Shown here one piece after another: positions 46,521-56,164 of a stretch of DNA of 56,164 nucleotides. The stretch is from Elainellaceae cyanobacterium (GTDB taxonomy: Bacteria > Cyanobacteriota > Cyanobacteriia > CAZCXK01), in NCBI GenBank assembly GCA_051117555.1, contig JBNPEG010000062.1, positions 1-56,164 on the forward strand, given 5' to 3'. The number at the start of each line of letters is the position of its first letter. Position 1 is the stretch's first letter. The translations under genes and the position numbers were made by a program. The notes under the pieces were generated by a model that made no database searches, was not told where the DNA came from, and was given only the letters and a program-made list of their open reading frames with translations.

Positions 46521-49500
46521 ATGACTAACTTAGCCCAAAGTGCACCCGCCTTTACTCTTCCAGATCTAGTTGAAATTCAGCGGGCAAGTTTCCGTTGGTT
46601 TCTCGAAGAAGGACTGATTGAAGAATTAAATAGTTTTTCCCCTATCACTGACTATACCGGGAAGCTTGAACTCCATTTCTTAGGCAAGAATTACAAACTT
46701 AAGCGTCCGAAGTACGCCGTAGACGAAGCGAAACGTCGAGACAGCACCTACGCTGTCCAAATGTATGTTCCGACTCGTCTGATCAATAAAGAGACCGGCG
46801 AAATTAAGGAGCAAGAGGTTTTCATTGGCGATCTTCCGTTGATGACAGACCGGGGTACGTTTATCATCAACGGCGCGGAGCGTGTCATCGTCAACCAAAT
46901 TGTCCGCAGCCCTGGAGTTTACTACAAGGCTGAAACTGACAAGAATGGGCGTCGAACTTATAATGCCAGCCTGATCCCGAACCGAGGGGCTTGGTTAAAA
47001 TTTGAAACCGATAAAAATGACTTGGTTTGGGTTCGGATTGATAAGACTCGCAAGCTATCGGTTCAGGTTCTCCTGAAAGCGCTGGGTCTTAGCGATAGCG
47101 AAATTTTCGACGCATTACGACACCCTGAATACTATCAGAAGACAATCGACAAAGAGGGACAGTTTAGCGAGGAAGAAGCATTGATGGAGCTTTATCGAAA
47201 GCTTCGTCCAGGCGAACCTCCAACCGTTTCAGGCGGGCAGCAACTGCTCGATTCTCGCTTCTTTGATCCCAAGCGATATGATCTGGGCAAAGTCGGTCGA
47301 TACAAGCTCAATCGGAAACTCCGGTTAAATATTCCAGAAGCCGTGCGCGTCTTGACCCCCCAAGGCATTTTGGCGGCTGTGGATTATTTGATTAATCTTG
47401 AATTCGATATTGGTAGCGTCGACGATATTGACCACTTGGGGAATCGTCGAGTTCGTTCAGTCGGTGAATTATTGCAAAATCAGGTTCGCGTCGGCCTAAA
47501 TCGACTGGAGCGCATTATCCGGGAACGGATGACTGTATCAGACGCAGACTCGTTAACGCCTGCGTCTCTGGTTAATCCCAAGCCGTTGGTTGCTGCAATT
47601 AAAGAGTTCTTCGGCTCATCTCAGCTCTCTCAGTTCATGGATCAGACAAATCCTCTAGCAGAGTTGACCCACAAGCGCCGTTTGAGTGCGTTGGGGCCTG
47701 GAGGATTGACCCGCGAACGGGCTGGTTTTGCGGTTCGCGATATTCATCCATCGCACTATGGTCGAATCTGTCCGATTGAGACACCAGAAGGTCCAAACGC
47801 CGGCTTAATTGGTTCTCTCGCAACTCACGCCCGCGTGAATGCATATGGATTTGTAGAGACTCCCTACTACCCTGTTGAAGGGGGGCGAGTCCTTAAAGAT
47901 CGGCCCCCCCTATATATGACGGCAGATGAGGAAGACGATCTAAGAGTTGCACCGGGAGATATCCCTGTTAACGAAGAAGGATACATTCTCGGAAGCACAG
48001 TCCCCGTCCGATATCGTCAAGATTTTACGACCACGTCGCCCGATCAGGTCGACTACGTGGCGATTTCACCCGTTCAAATTATTTCCGTTGCAACATCGCT
48101 GATTCCTTTCTTGGAGCATGATGATGCCAACCGAGCCCTGATGGGATCTAACATGCAACGTCAGGCGGTTCCGCTGCTTCGTCCAGAGCGCCCCTTAGTT
48201 GGCACCGGGCTAGAAGCGCAAGCGGCTCGTGACTCTGGAATGGTCATCGTGAGTCAGACTGATGGTGAGGTTTCGTACGTCGACGCGAACCGAATTCGAG
48301 TGCGATCGCCCGAAGGGCGGGAGTCAGAATATTTCCTCCAGAAATACAATCGCTCAAACCAAGACACGTGTCTCAATCAAAGACCGCTCGTCTTTGCGGG
48401 CGATCGCGTCGTTACAGGACAAGTTCTCGCGGATGGCTCCGCAACAGAAGGCGGAGAGCTGGCTCTTGGGCAAAACGTTTTGGTTACCTACATGCCGTGG
48501 GAGGGCTATAACTACGAGGATGCCATTCTTATTAGTGAGCGCTTAGTCTACGACGATGTCTACACGTCTATTCACGTCGAAAAATATGAGATCGAGGCTC
48601 GTCAAACGAAGCTAGGTCCAGAAGAAATTACTCGCGAAATTCCGAACGTGGGTGAAGATGCGCTTCGTCAACTCGATGAAGGTGGAATTATCCGCATTGG
48701 TGCTTGGGTTGAAGCTGGGGATATTCTAGTTGGGAAAGTGACTCCTAAAGGTGAATCCGATCAGCCACCTGAAGAGAAATTGCTCCGCGCTATTTTTGGC
48801 GAGAAAGCGAGAGATGTTCGGGACAATTCACTGCGAGTACCTAATGGTGAAAAGGGTCGCGTCGTCGACGTACGAGTCTTTACTCGTGAACAAGGAGATG
48901 AGCTGCCTCCCGGAGCTAATATGGTTGTTCGCGTCTATGTCGCACAAAAGCGTAAGATTCAGGTCGGCGACAAGATGGCAGGCCGACATGGAAACAAAGG
49001 CATCATTTCTCGCATTCTGCCGATTGAAGATATGCCCTATCTTCCAGATGGCCGCCCCGTTGACATTGTCCTGAATCCTTTAGGTGTACCGTCTCGTATG
49101 AACGTCGGGCAGGTATTTGAATGCTTGCTGGGGTGGGCTGGTGAAGTTTTGGATGTTCGATTCAAAATGATCCCGTTCGATGAAATGTACGGTGAGGAAG
49201 CATCTCGACTGACTACGCATTCCAAACTTCAGGAAGCCAGAGAAAAATCTGGGCAGGATTGGGTCTTTGATCCGGGCAATCCTGGCAAAATTCAGGTCTT
49301 TGACGGTCGGACAGGAGAGCCATTCGATCGCCCAGTAACAATAGGTAAGGCCTATATGCTGAAGCTTGTTCATCTAGTCGATGATAAGATTCACGCTCGT
49401 TCAACAGGGCCATACTCCCTAGTGACTCAACAGCCCTTAGGTGGTAAGGCTCAACAAGGCGGTCAGCGGTTCGGTGAAATGGAAGTCTGGGCTCTCGAAG

Positions 49501-49823
49501 CGTTTGGTGCTGCCTATACTCTCCAAGAATTGCTGACAGTCAAGTCAGACGATATGCAAGGGCGGAATGAAGCTCTTAATGCGATTGTAAAGGGTAAGGC
49601 AATTCCTCGACCCGGAACACCTGAGTCGTTCAAGGTCTTGATGCGAGAGCTGCAATCTCTATGCTTGGATATTGTGGCTCATAAGCTAGAAACCAAAGAA
49701 GACGGAACGAGTCGCGATGTTGAGGTCGACTTAATGGCTGATACAAGTTCGCGGCGTACGCCCTCACGTCCGACATACGAATCCATCACTCGAGAAGAAG
49801 TTATGGAAGAAGCTGAAGAATAA
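46521..49823 (+). CDS. rpoB: RNA polymerase beta subunit
   Basis: [30 protein letters not shown]. Confidence 0.99.
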   Translation: MTNLAQSAPAFTLPDLVEIQRASFRWFLEEGLIEELNSFSPITDYTGKLELHFLGKNYKLKRPKYAVDEAKRRDSTYAVQMYVPTRLINKETGEIKEQEVFIGDLPLMTDRGTFIINGAERVIVNQIVRSPGVYYKAETDKNGRRTYNASLIPNRGAWLKFETDKNDLVWVRIDKTRKLSVQVLLKALGLSDSEIFDALRHPEYYQKTIDKEGQFSEEEALMELYRKLRPGEPPTVSGGQQLLDSRFFDPKRYDLGKVGRYKLNRKLRLNIPEAVRVLTPQGILAAVDYLINLEFDIGSVDDIDHLGNRRVRSVGELLQNQVRVGLNRLERIIRERMTVSDADSLTPASLVNPKPLVAAIKEFFGSSQLSQFMDQTNPLAELTHKRRLSALGPGGLTRERAGFAVRDIHPSHYGRICPIETPEGPNAGLIGSLATHARVNAYGFVETPYYPVEGGRVLKDRPPLYMTADEEDDLRVAPGDIPVNEEGYILGSTVPVRYRQDFTTTSPDQVDYVAISPVQIISVATSLIPFLEHDDANRALMGSNMQRQAVPLLRPERPLVGTGLEAQAARDSGMVIVSQTDGEVSYVDANRIRVRSPEGRESEYFLQKYNRSNQDTCLNQRPLVFAGDRVVTGQVLADGSATEGGELALGQNVLVTYMPWEGYNYEDAILISERLVYDDVYTSIHVEKYEIEARQTKLGPEEITREIPNVGEDALRQLDEGGIIRIGAWVEAGDILVGKVTPKGESDQPPEEKLLRAIFGEKARDVRDNSLRVPNGEKGRVVDVRVFTREQGDELPPGANMVVRVYVAQKRKIQVGDKMAGRHGNKGIISRILPIEDMPYLPDGRPVDIVLNPLGVPSRMNVGQVFECLLGWAGEVLDVRFKMIPFDEMYGEEASRLTTHSKLQEAREKSGQDWVFDPGNPGKIQVFDGRTGEPFDRPVTIGKAYMLKLVHLVDDKIHARSTGPYSLVTQQPLGGKAQQGGQRFGEMEVWALEAFGAAYTLQELLTVKSDDMQGRNEALNAIVKGKAIPRPGTPESFKVLMRELQSLCLDIVAHKLETKEDGTSRDVEVDLMADTSSRRTPSRPTYESITREEVMEEAEE

Positions 49824-49937
49824 ACCATAAACGCTTGGCGGTTAGTGAGTCATCCTCAGAAACTAGATTCGACGAATCGCCAAGCGATGGTTGCACCATA
49901 TCTATCTGAATTGCCCACGTAGAGGAACAGATTAGCG

Positions 49938-51812
49938 ATGCCGAAGATAGAGCAACGGTTTGATTACGTTAAGATAGGTTTGGCATCTCCCGATAGAATC
50001 CGTCAATGGGGAGAGCGCACATTGCCGAATGGGATGGTGGTTGGGGAAGTCACCAAACCAGAAACTATTAATTATCGAACCCTTAAGCCCGAGATGGACG
50101 GGCTCTTTTGTGAACGAATTTTTGGACCTGCAAAAGATTGGGAATGTCACTGCGGAAAGTATAAGCGCGTTCGTCATCGTGGTATTGTATGCGAGCGTTG
50201 TGGCGTCGAAGTAACAGAGTCCCGCGTTCGTCGCCACCGCATGGGATACATCAAGCTTGCAGCTCCGGTTGCCCATGTCTGGTACTTGAAGGGCATTCCG
50301 AGCTACATGGCGATTCTGCTAGACATGCCTCTTCGAGATGTTGAACAGATCGTTTATTTCAACGCCTACGTGGTGCTGAATCCTGGGAATGCTGAGAATC
50401 TTTCGTATAAGCAGTTGCTGACCGAAGATCAGTGGATTGAAATTGAAGATCAGCTATATAGCGAAGATTCGCAATTGACAGGAATCGAAGTTGGAATTGG
50501 TGCTGAGGCGCTGCAGCGACTCCTTCAAGATTTAAACTTAGAGGCTGAAGCCGAACGGCTCCGGGAAGAAATTGCGACTGCTAAAGGGCAAAAGCGAGCT
50601 AAGTTGATCAAGCGTTTGCGCGTAATCGATAACTTCATCGCAACGCAATCTAAGCCAGAATGGATGGTTTTGTCGGTGATTCCGGTGATTCCGCCGGATC
50701 TGCGTCCTATGGTTCAACTCGACGGAGGACGATTTGCAACCTCTGACTTGAATGATTTATATCGTCGAGTCATTAACCGAAATAACCGATTGGCTAGACT
50801 TCAAGAAATTTTGGCTCCTGAAATCATTGTTCGAAATGAAAAGCGGATGCTTCAGGAAGCAGTCGACGCGCTAATTGATAACGGTCGGCGGGGACGCACC
50901 GTTGTAGGCGCGAATAATCGGCCTCTTAAGTCGTTGTCTGACATCATTGAAGGTAAACAAGGGCGGTTTCGGCAAAATCTGCTAGGTAAGCGGGTTGACT
51001 ACTCTGGCCGTTCTGTCATCGTGGTGGGCCCTAAGCTTAAGATTCATCAGTGTGGGCTTCCTCGCGAGATGGCAATTGAATTATTCCAGCCATTTGTTAT
51101 TCATCGATTAATTCGACAAGGCTTGGTGAATAATATTAAGGCTGCGAAGAAGCTAATTCAGCGTAATGATCCCAGCGTTTGGGATGTGCTCGAAGAGGTT
51201 ATTGATGGACATCCGGTGCTTCTGAACCGAGCGCCGACCCTGCACCGTCTCGGCATTCAGGCTTTTGAGCCAATTTTGGTTGAGGGCCGTGCCATTCAGA
51301 TTCATCCCTTGGTTTGTCCAGCATTTAACGCTGACTTCGATGGTGACCAAATGGCGGTTCACGTTCCTCTCTCTCTCGAATCGCAAGCTGAAGCTCGGTT
51401 GTTGATGCTGGCATCAAATAATATTTTGTCACCGGCAACAGGACGGCCGATTATTACGCCTAGTCAAGATATGGTCTTGGGATGCTACTACCTAACCGTT
51501 GATAATCCAGATGCAAAACTGGGAGAGGGAAGATATTTTTCCGGTCTTGATGACGCCATCATGGCATATGAACATGGTCACGTTGACCTTCATTCATATA
51601 TTTGGGTGAAATTTGACGGCGACATGGAAACAGAGGGCCCTGACGATAAACCCGTGGAAGAGCACAGGGCTGATGATGGCGCGGTCACAAAAATCTATAA
51701 GTATCGTCGGGTGCGTGAAGACCAAGACGGTAATTTAATTTCTCAATACATCCGCACGACACCTGGACGTGTCATTTACAACAAAACTATCCGGGATGCG
51801 CTGGTCAGTTGA
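49938..51812 (+). CDS. rpoC1: RNA polymerase gamma subunit
   Basis: Zn finger; catalytic NADFDGD motif. Confidence 0.99.
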   Translation: MPKIEQRFDYVKIGLASPDRIRQWGERTLPNGMVVGEVTKPETINYRTLKPEMDGLFCERIFGPAKDWECHCGKYKRVRHRGIVCERCGVEVTESRVRRHRMGYIKLAAPVAHVWYLKGIPSYMAILLDMPLRDVEQIVYFNAYVVLNPGNAENLSYKQLLTEDQWIEIEDQLYSEDSQLTGIEVGIGAEALQRLLQDLNLEAEAERLREEIATAKGQKRAKLIKRLRVIDNFIATQSKPEWMVLSVIPVIPPDLRPMVQLDGGRFATSDLNDLYRRVINRNNRLARLQEILAPEIIVRNEKRMLQEAVDALIDNGRRGRTVVGANNRPLKSLSDIIEGKQGRFRQNLLGKRVDYSGRSVIVVGPKLKIHQCGLPREMAIELFQPFVIHRLIRQGLVNNIKAAKKLIQRNDPSVWDVLEEVIDGHPVLLNRAPTLHRLGIQAFEPILVEGRAIQIHPLVCPAFNADFDGDQMAVHVPLSLESQAEARLLMLASNNILSPATGRPIITPSQDMVLGCYYLTVDNPDAKLGEGRYFSGLDDAIMAYEHGHVDLHSYIWVKFDGDMETEGPDDKPVEEHRADDGAVTKIYKYRRVREDQDGNLISQYIRTTPGRVIYNKTIRDALVS

Positions 51813-51991
51813 TACTCATTGCGTGCTCATGGGTTTGGAGAACGCTGGATTGAATTGATCTGAGCTTTTGACGAGCTTCGGGGGCGTGGTTAGCAGACCC
51901 TTTCTGCTTGGAGCTCGACTAAGCGAGACACGATTGATAAGGGGACGTTGGTTGATAGCTGAATGCTGATAAATTGAGGGGCTGAGACACT

Positions 51992-54900
51992 ATGATGCCA
52001 GAGCAAAATTCGATTCAGAAAGTTGAAAAGCCGATTATTTTTCGAAATCGAGTCACAGATAAGAAGCAACTCCGCAAGCTTGTTGCATGGGCATTTACAA
52101 ACTATGGGACAGCTCGCACTGCTCAGATGGCTGACCTGCTGAAAGACATGGGCTTTCGGTATGCAACTAAGGCAGGCGTTTCGATCAGCGTCGATGATCT
52201 TCAAGTACCCCCTAGCAAAAAGCAGCTATTAGAAGCAGCGGAAGAAGAAATTCGGGAGACTGAAAGCCGCTACACGCGGGGTGAAATTACAGAGGTTGAA
52301 CGCTTCCAAAAGGTTATTGATACCTGGAATGGAACAAGTGAAGAGCTCAAGGACGAGGTTGTTCGTAATTTTAAGGCGAAGAATCCTCTGAACTCGGTCT
52401 ATATGATGGCTTTCTCTGGAGCTCGGGGAAATATTTCTCAGGTGCGGCAACTTGTTGGAATGCGCGGACTAATGGCAGATCCGCAGGGTCAGATTATCGA
52501 CCTTCCTATCAAGACTAATTTTCGTGAAGGACTGACCGTTACTGAGTATATTATCTCGTCGTATGGTGCTCGGAAAGGGCTGGTGGATACGGCGTTGCGG
52601 ACAGCGGATTCAGGATATTTAACCCGACGACTGGTGGACGTGTCGCAAGATGTCATCATTCGAGAAATCGACTGTGGTACCCAGCGGGGAATTAAGCTGC
52701 GGAGCATGACAGACGGTGAACGGGTTTTGATTCCTTTGCAGGATCGATTGCTAGGTCGGGTGCTTGCCTGTGACGCGATTAATCCGAAGACTGGGGAAGT
52801 AGTTGCGGCTCGAAATCAAGATATTTCTGAAGAGTTGGCTGAAACGATTTGTGATGCGGGCATTGAGCAGGTAGTCCTGCGATCGCCCCTAACCTGCGAA
52901 GCAAGTCGTTCGGTTTGTCAGCACTGCTACGGCTGGAGTTTGGCTCACGCCAAAATGGTGGATTTGGGCGAAGCGGTTGGTATTATTGCTGCTCAGTCTA
53001 TTGGTGAGCCGGGTACACAACTGACGATGCGGACGTTCCATACGGGCGGGGTCTTCACTGGAGAAATTGCTCAGCAAAATCGTGCCCCCTTTGATGGGGT
53101 TGTTCGATTGCCGAAGTCTGAACGCGTTCGGACTCGTCCGTTTCGGACTCGCCACGGCGAAGATGCGTTGATCGTAGAAGCGAATGTTGAGATCAGCGTT
53201 GAATCGGGCGATCGCAAAAAATCGTTTCCCGTTGGGCAGGGTTCAATTCTATTTGTTCGGGATGGAGCGTCTGTCAAATCTGGACAAATTCTTTCTGAAA
53301 TGCAGGCCACCGGTCGTGCTCGCAAGATCACCGAGAGAGCTACCAAAGACGTGGCGTCTGATTTGGCAGGTGAGGTCAAGTTTGCAGACCTTGTTCCCGA
53401 AGAGAAGAAAGATCGTCAAGGTAATACTACGCGAATTGCTCAACGGGGTGGTCTAATTTGGGTGTTATCTGGTGAAGTATATAACTTGCTCCCTGGCGCA
53501 GAACCCATCGTTAAAAATGGCGATCGCGTCGAGTCTGATAGTATTCTTGCTGAAACCAAGCTCATCACCGAGCATGGCGGCATCGTTCGCATCCCTCAAG
53601 AAACCGAAGGAAAAGGAGGGCGGGAAGTTGAAATTATCACAGCCTCCGTTCTCTTAGACCAAGCGCAGATTATCGTTGAAAGTCAACAGGGGAAAGAGCA
53701 ATATCTTATTGAGACTCAAAACAAGCAGCGGTTCTCGCTGATTGCCACCCCAGGCACTAAAGTAACGAACAACCAAGTCGTTGCAGAATTAATCGACGAC
53801 CAATATCGCACCCAAACAGGCGGTATCATTAAGTACTCGGGCGTTGAGGTTGCAAAGAGAGGAAAAGCAAAACAGGGGTACGAAGTCGTTCAGGGCGGAA
53901 CGCTGCTTTGGATTCCGGAAGAAGCCCACGAAGTCAACAAAGATTTGTCCTTGCTGCTGGTTGAAGATGGTCAATATGTCGAGGCAGGAACCGAAGTTGT
54001 TAAAGACATTTTCTGCCAAAGCAACGGAGTCGTAGAAGTCACCCAGAAAAATGATATTCTGCGAGAGGTCGTCATCAAACCTGGGGAAATTCACATGGTT
54101 GATAATCCTGAGGCCGTTATGTCTAAGGATGGCACCATCGCAAATCCCGGACAGGACGTGATGCCTGGTTTAACATCCGCTGACCTGCGTTATATCGAAT
54201 ATGTCGAAACTCCGGAAGGTCCTGCGATTCTTTTGCGTCCAGTGACAGAGTTTACAGTTCCCGATGTACCGTCTGTTCCAAGTCAAGAATCGATCAGTGA
54301 AGAGTCAGGTCGTGCGATTCGACTACGCGCCATTCAGCGTATTTCTTATAAGGATGGAGAGCGAGTCAAGTCTGTGAGCGGCTTAGAATTGCTTCGAACC
54401 CAGCTAATTTTGGAAATCGATGAAGATAATCCTCAGTTAGCAGCCGATATTGAGCTAGTTCCCGATGAATCCGATCCAGAATCCCTGAGATTGCAGTTGG
54501 TTATCCTAGAATCTCTCGTTATTCGACGAGATGTTGCTGCCGATCAGACTCAGGGGAGTACTCAAACCCGCTTACTAGTGCAAGATGGTGACCAAATCGC
54601 TCCGGGCGCCGTCGTTGCTCGAACTGAAATCCAGTGTAAGGAAGCTGGTGAGGTTCGGGGTATTTTGGAGGGCGCAGAAGCGATTCGACGGATTCTGGTA
54701 GTGCGTTCGGCAGATGTAGTGAACATTGATTTGCAAGGGCAAACGCCAACCGTCAGCGAGGGAGACTTGTTCGTGTCTGGAGCAGAAATAGCTCCCGGAA
54801 TTTTTGCCGAAGAATCTGGTCAAGTTGTTCAGATTACTGATTCACACGTGATCACCCGAATTGCACGTCCTTATCGAGTGTCAGCAGGCGCTGTTCTTCA

Positions 54901-56035
54901 TATCGATGATGGAGACTTAGTCCAACGGGGCGACAACCTCGTGTTGTTGGTGTTCGAGCGAGCCAAAACGGGCGATATCATTCAGGGTTTGCCGCGTATC
55001 GAGGAACTGTTAGAAGCTCGTAAACCTAAGGAAGCCTGCATCTTAGCGGAGCGTGCAGGAACTGCTCAAGTTGTGTATGGAGATGATGAAAGCGTAGAAA
55101 TCAAGTTGATTGAGCCTGATGGGGTTATTACCGATTATCCCCTTGGACCGGGTCAGAACGTGATTATGGCCGATGAACAGGAAGTGGGCCCCGCAGAACC
55201 TCTCACGGATGGTCCTGCCAATCCTCACGAAATCTTGGAAATTTTCTTCAAGTTCCATCATGCGGATAAGGGATTTCATGAGGCTGCATTGATTAGTCTT
55301 GAAAAAGTTCAGACTTTTTTGGTCAATGAAGTTCAATCTGTTTATCAGTCTCAGGGGATTGATATCTCAGACAAGCATATTGAGGTTATCGTACGTCAGA
55401 TGACTTCAAAGGCTCGCATTGACGATGGAGGCGATACGACGATGCTTCCAGGTGAATTGGTCGATCTATATCAGATCGAACAGGTCAATGGAGCTATGTC
55501 AATCACAGGAGGCGCACCTGCTGAGTATACGCCGGTCTTACTTGGAATCACAAAAGCATCGCTCAATACGGATAGTTTTATTTCAGCGGCTAGTTTCCAA
55601 GAAACAACTCGGGTTTTAACAGAAGCTGCCATTGAAGGCAAGTCTGATTGGCTGCGCGGTCTGAAGGAAAACGTTATCATCGGGCGTCTCATCCCTGCGG
55701 GTACTGGCTTCAACGCATATGAAGAGCCCAACAATGTTGATGTTGACTTGAGTTTTGATGGCAACGTCTTTGATACAGATGTTGACCTCAAAGATGTCGT
55801 GCTAGATGATCGGACTGCTCGAACTTATGAATTGGAGGGAGGCTTAGATGTCTTCCCTCGCGGGCAAGAGGGCAATTTAGATTCCTCATCTCCCCGCTCA
55901 AATTACTCCAACTTTGCGTCGGGTAGAGCCGCTGATCCATACTCTTCTATCTTGAATGAGAATGATGACTTTGAGATGGATGTCAGCCCGTTTGGTGATG
56001 GCGATGGTTCTAGTAACTCGAATGACGATGACTAA
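51992..56035 (+). CDS. rpoC2: RNA polymerase beta' subunit (C-terminal part)
   Basis: [48 protein letters not shown]. Confidence 0.99.
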   Translation: MMPEQNSIQKVEKPIIFRNRVTDKKQLRKLVAWAFTNYGTARTAQMADLLKDMGFRYATKAGVSISVDDLQVPPSKKQLLEAAEEEIRETESRYTRGEITEVERFQKVIDTWNGTSEELKDEVVRNFKAKNPLNSVYMMAFSGARGNISQVRQLVGMRGLMADPQGQIIDLPIKTNFREGLTVTEYIISSYGARKGLVDTALRTADSGYLTRRLVDVSQDVIIREIDCGTQRGIKLRSMTDGERVLIPLQDRLLGRVLACDAINPKTGEVVAARNQDISEELAETICDAGIEQVVLRSPLTCEASRSVCQHCYGWSLAHAKMVDLGEAVGIIAAQSIGEPGTQLTMRTFHTGGVFTGEIAQQNRAPFDGVVRLPKSERVRTRPFRTRHGEDALIVEANVEISVESGDRKKSFPVGQGSILFVRDGASVKSGQILSEMQATGRARKITERATKDVASDLAGEVKFADLVPEEKKDRQGNTTRIAQRGGLIWVLSGEVYNLLPGAEPIVKNGDRVESDSILAETKLITEHGGIVRIPQETEGKGGREVEIITASVLLDQAQIIVESQQGKEQYLIETQNKQRFSLIATPGTKVTNNQVVAELIDDQYRTQTGGIIKYSGVEVAKRGKAKQGYEVVQGGTLLWIPEEAHEVNKDLSLLLVEDGQYVEAGTEVVKDIFCQSNGVVEVTQKNDILREVVIKPGEIHMVDNPEAVMSKDGTIANPGQDVMPGLTSADLRYIEYVETPEGPAILLRPVTEFTVPDVPSVPSQESISEESGRAIRLRAIQRISYKDGERVKSVSGLELLRTQLILEIDEDNPQLAADIELVPDESDPESLRLQLVILESLVIRRDVAADQTQGSTQTRLLVQDGDQIAPGAVVARTEIQCKEAGEVRGILEGAEAIRRILVVRSADVVNIDLQGQTPTVSEGDLFVSGAEIAPGIFAEESGQVVQITDSHVITRIARPYRVSAGAVLHIDDGDLVQRGDNLVLLVFERAKTGDIIQGLPRIEELLEARKPKEACILAERAGTAQVVYGDDESVEIKLIEPDGVITDYPLGPGQNVIMADEQEVGPAEPLTDGPANPHEILEIFFKFHHADKGFHEAALISLEKVQTFLVNEVQSVYQSQGIDISDKHIEVIVRQMTSKARIDDGGDTTMLPGELVDLYQIEQVNGAMSITGGAPAEYTPVLLGITKASLNTDSFISAASFQETTRVLTEAAIEGKSDWLRGLKENVIIGRLIPAGTGFNAYEEPNNVDVDLSFDGNVFDTDVDLKDVVLDDRTARTYELEGGLDVFPRGQEGNLDSSSPRSNYSNFASGRAADPYSSILNENDDFEMDVSPFGDGDGSSNSNDDD

Positions 56036-56041
56036 CGATTA

Positions 56042-56164
56042 GGGAGCACGTCACATTCTTGAGAGAAAAATTAGAGTAAGGCTGTAGCGATATTTTGAGG
56101 GGGCAACCATGACGCCAGAGGAACGGCAAGAACTGCTGCAATGCCGCCAACGCATCGCGGAATT
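56042..56164 (+). mobile_element. Left end of a probable ISKra4-family IS; transposase start 56109..>56164
   Basis: MTPEERQELLQCRQRIAE resembles cyanobacterial ISKra4-type N-termini (recalled); candidate end GGGAGCAC at 56042; truncated by the window edge. Confidence 0.55.

Noticed and set aside
53060..54970. Large insertion in rpoC2 (possible intein)
   Set aside because: This is the normal cyanobacterial SI3 insertion; no intein termini.
1..56164. Abundant GCGATCGC octamers
   Set aside because: Well-known cyanobacterial HIP1; used only as a taxonomic clue.

Overview
A 56-kb chromosomal segment from a cyanobacterium: HIP1 GCGATCGC is abundant, rpoC is split into rpoC1/rpoC2, and sigF and cruA are present. 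Both ends run into IS transposases (IS66-like at left, ISKra4-like at right), so this may be a whole contig. The right quarter is the canonical hisD-rpsT-tatD-rpoB-rpoC1-rpoC2 block. The rest is mixed housekeeping and accessory DNA: a cysteine-desulfurase-like gene, Wzc kinase, URC4, GpgP-like phosphatase, pepP, M23 peptidase, folP, frameshifted prfB, sigF, pirin/LysR, surE, a rimK cluster, a PotD-like binding protein, a probable 6S RNA and an alpha-2-macroglobulin. Best leads: (1) a fenestrated Gloeobacter/xanthorhodopsin-type proton pump directly upstream of a UbiA prenyltransferase, with the lycopene cyclase cruA two genes further on; (2) a ~160-nt self-closing structured RNA with symE/SymR-like architecture and a duplicated promoter, in front of a small conserved ORF and next to a 21-bp palindromic tandem array; (3) several ~90-bp TATAGC...GCTATA-bounded hairpin MITE families; (4) a Wzc with an extra TM helix and extra domain, an apparently xenologous FolP, and two unannotated small ORFs. 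All family assignments come from motif recognition by eye; no searches were run.
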